Assembly (NCBI GenBank): GCA_965262715.1
Contig: OZ253553.1
Span: 64,001 to 128,000 of the forward strand
Reading direction: 5' to 3'
DNA: 64,000 nucleotides
DNA from: Bdellovibrionales bacterium
Lineage (GTDB): Bacteria; Bdellovibrionota; Bdellovibrionia; Bdellovibrionales; JAUICD01
Under the pieces are notes generated by a model. That model was given only the letters and a program-made list of their open reading frames with translations, did not search any database and was not told the DNA's origin. The position numbers were made by a program, and so were the translations under genes. This document shows positions 61,752-64,000 of the stretch, in pieces (position 1 is the stretch's first letter; each line of letters starts with the position of its first letter).

Positions 61752-62744
61752 ATGGCAGAGCAAGTTTGGAATTGCCAAGTTTCTCGTAAAGCTAAAGAAG
61801 CTTTTCAAGATTTCATTAACGATTTAACTGTAGGCGAAAAATTCTATCTACAATGTCAAAATGCAGCAAGTATAAAAGATCATACAAAATCAAATCATAA
61901 AAATAACTTATCCTCCAAAGATATTCAACAAAATATGATTATTTTTTTCAAGCCACATACATGGCCACAATATGTGCTGAAACCTTTAAAAACTCTATCT
62001 GTATCTGATAATCACATTCTACTAGAGGTCACATCTTATACTCCTGGAAAATATAATACTCACCAAGGGTTATTTTTACAAAAAGCAGAGGATATCATTG
62101 CGCTTGAGGGATTTTCATGGCATATAAAATCTTCTCTTCCACAAGATTCACAGCAACAAATAGCTCAAATACAGCCTCATCCTATTCAGGGTTTTATAAA
62201 AATACCTTCACCTTATTTAGAAATAGCTTTTTGGATGACTGGCTTTTTAGCATTTTTAATCACTGTGATTTTTATATTTAGAAAAATTAAAAAACGAAAA
62301 GATGAATTCAGTGATATCAAAAATCTTAAAACGCTAAGGAGTCCTCTTTATGAATTTTACCATAACGTAAAAAGAATAGAGAGAAAATATCTAAGCCTCT
62401 CTAATAGATTAGATGATGAAGAAAAAGACAAGCCCTCTCAAAAAGACTCTCAAGAAGCTTTACGGTTTTTTTATAGAGACTTAAATCATACTTTCCGAAA
62501 GTTTTTAGCAGTGCAACTAGAGTTTCCAGCTCATATTTGGTCATCCCAAAAATCTTTAAGATATCTTAAAAAGCAATATTCTGATGCAGAAATCTTCAAG
62601 CGTATTAAAAGTACATTATATGAGTTAAATCAAATGGCATCCTCAAAAGGTCTTATCTCAGAGGAAGATTGTCATCAAAATCTATCCTTCTGCAAAGACG
62701 TAGCTAATCAGATAGTGCATTTACAAAAAAAGAAGGACTTCTGA
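61752..62744 (+). CDS. Bat-operon membrane protein
   Basis: Single TM helix; lies between DUF58 and batA. Confidence 0.65.
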   Translation: MAEQVWNCQVSRKAKEAFQDFINDLTVGEKFYLQCQNAASIKDHTKSNHKNNLSSKDIQQNMIIFFKPHTWPQYVLKPLKTLSVSDNHILLEVTSYTPGKYNTHQGLFLQKAEDIIALEGFSWHIKSSLPQDSQQQIAQIQPHPIQGFIKIPSPYLEIAFWMTGFLAFLITVIFIFRKIKKRKDEFSDIKNLKTLRSPLYEFYHNVKRIERKYLSLSNRLDDEEKDKPSQKDSQEALRFFYRDLNHTFRKFLAVQLEFPAHIWSSQKSLRYLKKQYSDAEIFKRIKSTLYELNQMASSKGLISEEDCHQNLSFCKDVANQIVHLQKKKDF

Positions 62745-63748
62745 TGGAATGGTTTTCTCCTATTTGGTTTTTAGCTTTTATTCCCTTAATATGTCTTATT
62801 TTATTTTTATTTTACAAAAGAAAAAAGCAAAAAGCGACCTTACAATATAGCTACATAAGCCTTTTCAAAAATATCCCAAAAGGATTCCGTTCATACTTAT
62901 CAGGGTTATTTTTAGTTTTAAAAATTTTTTCTATGATTCTTATTATCCTAGCTCTTGCTAGACCCAGAGCCAGTGATATACGTACTTTAAGAGATGTCGA
63001 TGGCATTGATATCATGATTGTCCTAGATATTTCTGACTCTATGTTGATTGAAGATATGAGCTTAGATAGCCGATTAGAATCTGCAAAGAAAACTATTGAA
63101 GAATTTGTTCAAAATAGATCTTTTGATCGTATAGGCCTTGTGCTTTTTTCAGGCGAAGCCTTTACTCAAGTCCCTTTAACCCTAGATTATTCTGTTTTTC
63201 TAGACAGACTTAGAGAAGTTCAAACCATTCCACTCATCAAAAAAGGAACAGCTATTGGGGTTGCTCTAGCAAATGGAGTAGGACGACTTAGAACTTCTAA
63301 AGCTAAAAGCCGTGTAGTGATCTTGTTGACCGATGGAGAAAACAATAGTGGAACTATTGACCCTCAAACAGCACTTGACTTAGCGAAAGGCTATGGTTTG
63401 CGCATTTATACAATTGGAATTGGAAAAGATGGAATGGCTCAAATCCCTGTTTACTTTAGGGACATTTTTGGAAATAAACGTAAAAGTTATCAATCCATTT
63501 ACAGTAAAATCAATGATCAACTCTTAAACCATTTGGCTTCAGAAACAAATGGCAAATACTTTAGAGCAACTGAAGGTTTAGAACTCCAAGACATTTTTTC
63601 TGAAATCAACTCATTAGAAAAGTCAAAGATAGAAACCTCACAATTCAATCGTTATCAAGAACTATTTCAGCTATTCCTTAAATGGGCATTGTTGTTGTTT
63701 ATGTCATCACTTATTTTGAAACATATCTTATTGAGGACATACCCATGA
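62744..63748 (+). CDS. batA: BatA-like vWA protein
   Basis: ALARP, MIDAS DISDS, LLTDGENNSG. Confidence 0.88.
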   Translation: MEWFSPIWFLAFIPLICLILFLFYKRKKQKATLQYSYISLFKNIPKGFRSYLSGLFLVLKIFSMILIILALARPRASDIRTLRDVDGIDIMIVLDISDSMLIEDMSLDSRLESAKKTIEEFVQNRSFDRIGLVLFSGEAFTQVPLTLDYSVFLDRLREVQTIPLIKKGTAIGVALANGVGRLRTSKAKSRVVILLTDGENNSGTIDPQTALDLAKGYGLRIYTIGIGKDGMAQIPVYFRDIFGNKRKSYQSIYSKINDQLLNHLASETNGKYFRATEGLELQDIFSEINSLEKSKIETSQFNRYQELFQLFLKWALLLFMSSLILKHILLRTYP

Positions 63749-64000
63749 GCTTTCGATTTGAACACTTAGAAGCTTTTTATTATCTTTGGTTTCTTTTAGG
63801 CTTTATACCTCTGCTTTTGATTTTGAGATATAAGAAACAAAAAGACGTAAAAGCTCTTTTTGGAAAAACATTGCCTTTTTTAACAAGAACAACTTCTTTG
63901 ACAAAGCAAAACATCAAATGGATATTAGAGTGCTTTATTTTTATTTTACTTGTAGTCTCTTATGCAAGACCTCAATTTGGAGAAGATATTCAAAAAATTC
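63745..64000 (+). CDS. batB: BatB-like vWA protein, N-terminus (runs off the window end)
   Basis: MSFRFEH...YARPQFG; ATGA overlap with batA. Confidence 0.7.
   Translation, partial: MSFRFEHLEAFYYLWFLLGFIPLLLILRYKKQKDVKALFGKTLPFLTRTTSLTKQNIKWILECFIFILLVVSYARPQFGEDIQKI

Overview
AT-rich bacterial window, most likely Bdellovibrionota: it has AFQNC lipoprotein signals and a cpaF-tadB-RHS-small secreted protein block with the gene order of the Bdellovibrio hit locus. Bases 1 to ~36 kb form a decaying accessory region built around three copies of one cassette. Each cassette holds a Cys-rich repeat lipoprotein gene, a pair of 28-bp palindromes with IHF-like sites, and a tandem array of 231-316 bp non-coding units. 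Defence/TA cargo (ietAS-like, AbiEi/AbiEii, a TIGR04255-like triad, BrnA fragment), IS30, IS1634 and pseudogenes lie between them. The most striking signal is inside the array units. Each carries a ~105-125 nt three-way-junction fold preceded by a TTAACA-N3-TGTTAA palindrome. At least six diverged versions occur in the window and keep the pairing through compensatory changes, which suggests an undescribed multicopy structured RNA (or ssDNA element) family. From ~36 kb onward are ankyrin proteins, an IS1634 with an 87-bp direct repeat, and housekeeping genes (mltD, tad/hit block, ybeY, a lone atpG, bat operon). All calls come from reading the sequence; no searches were run.
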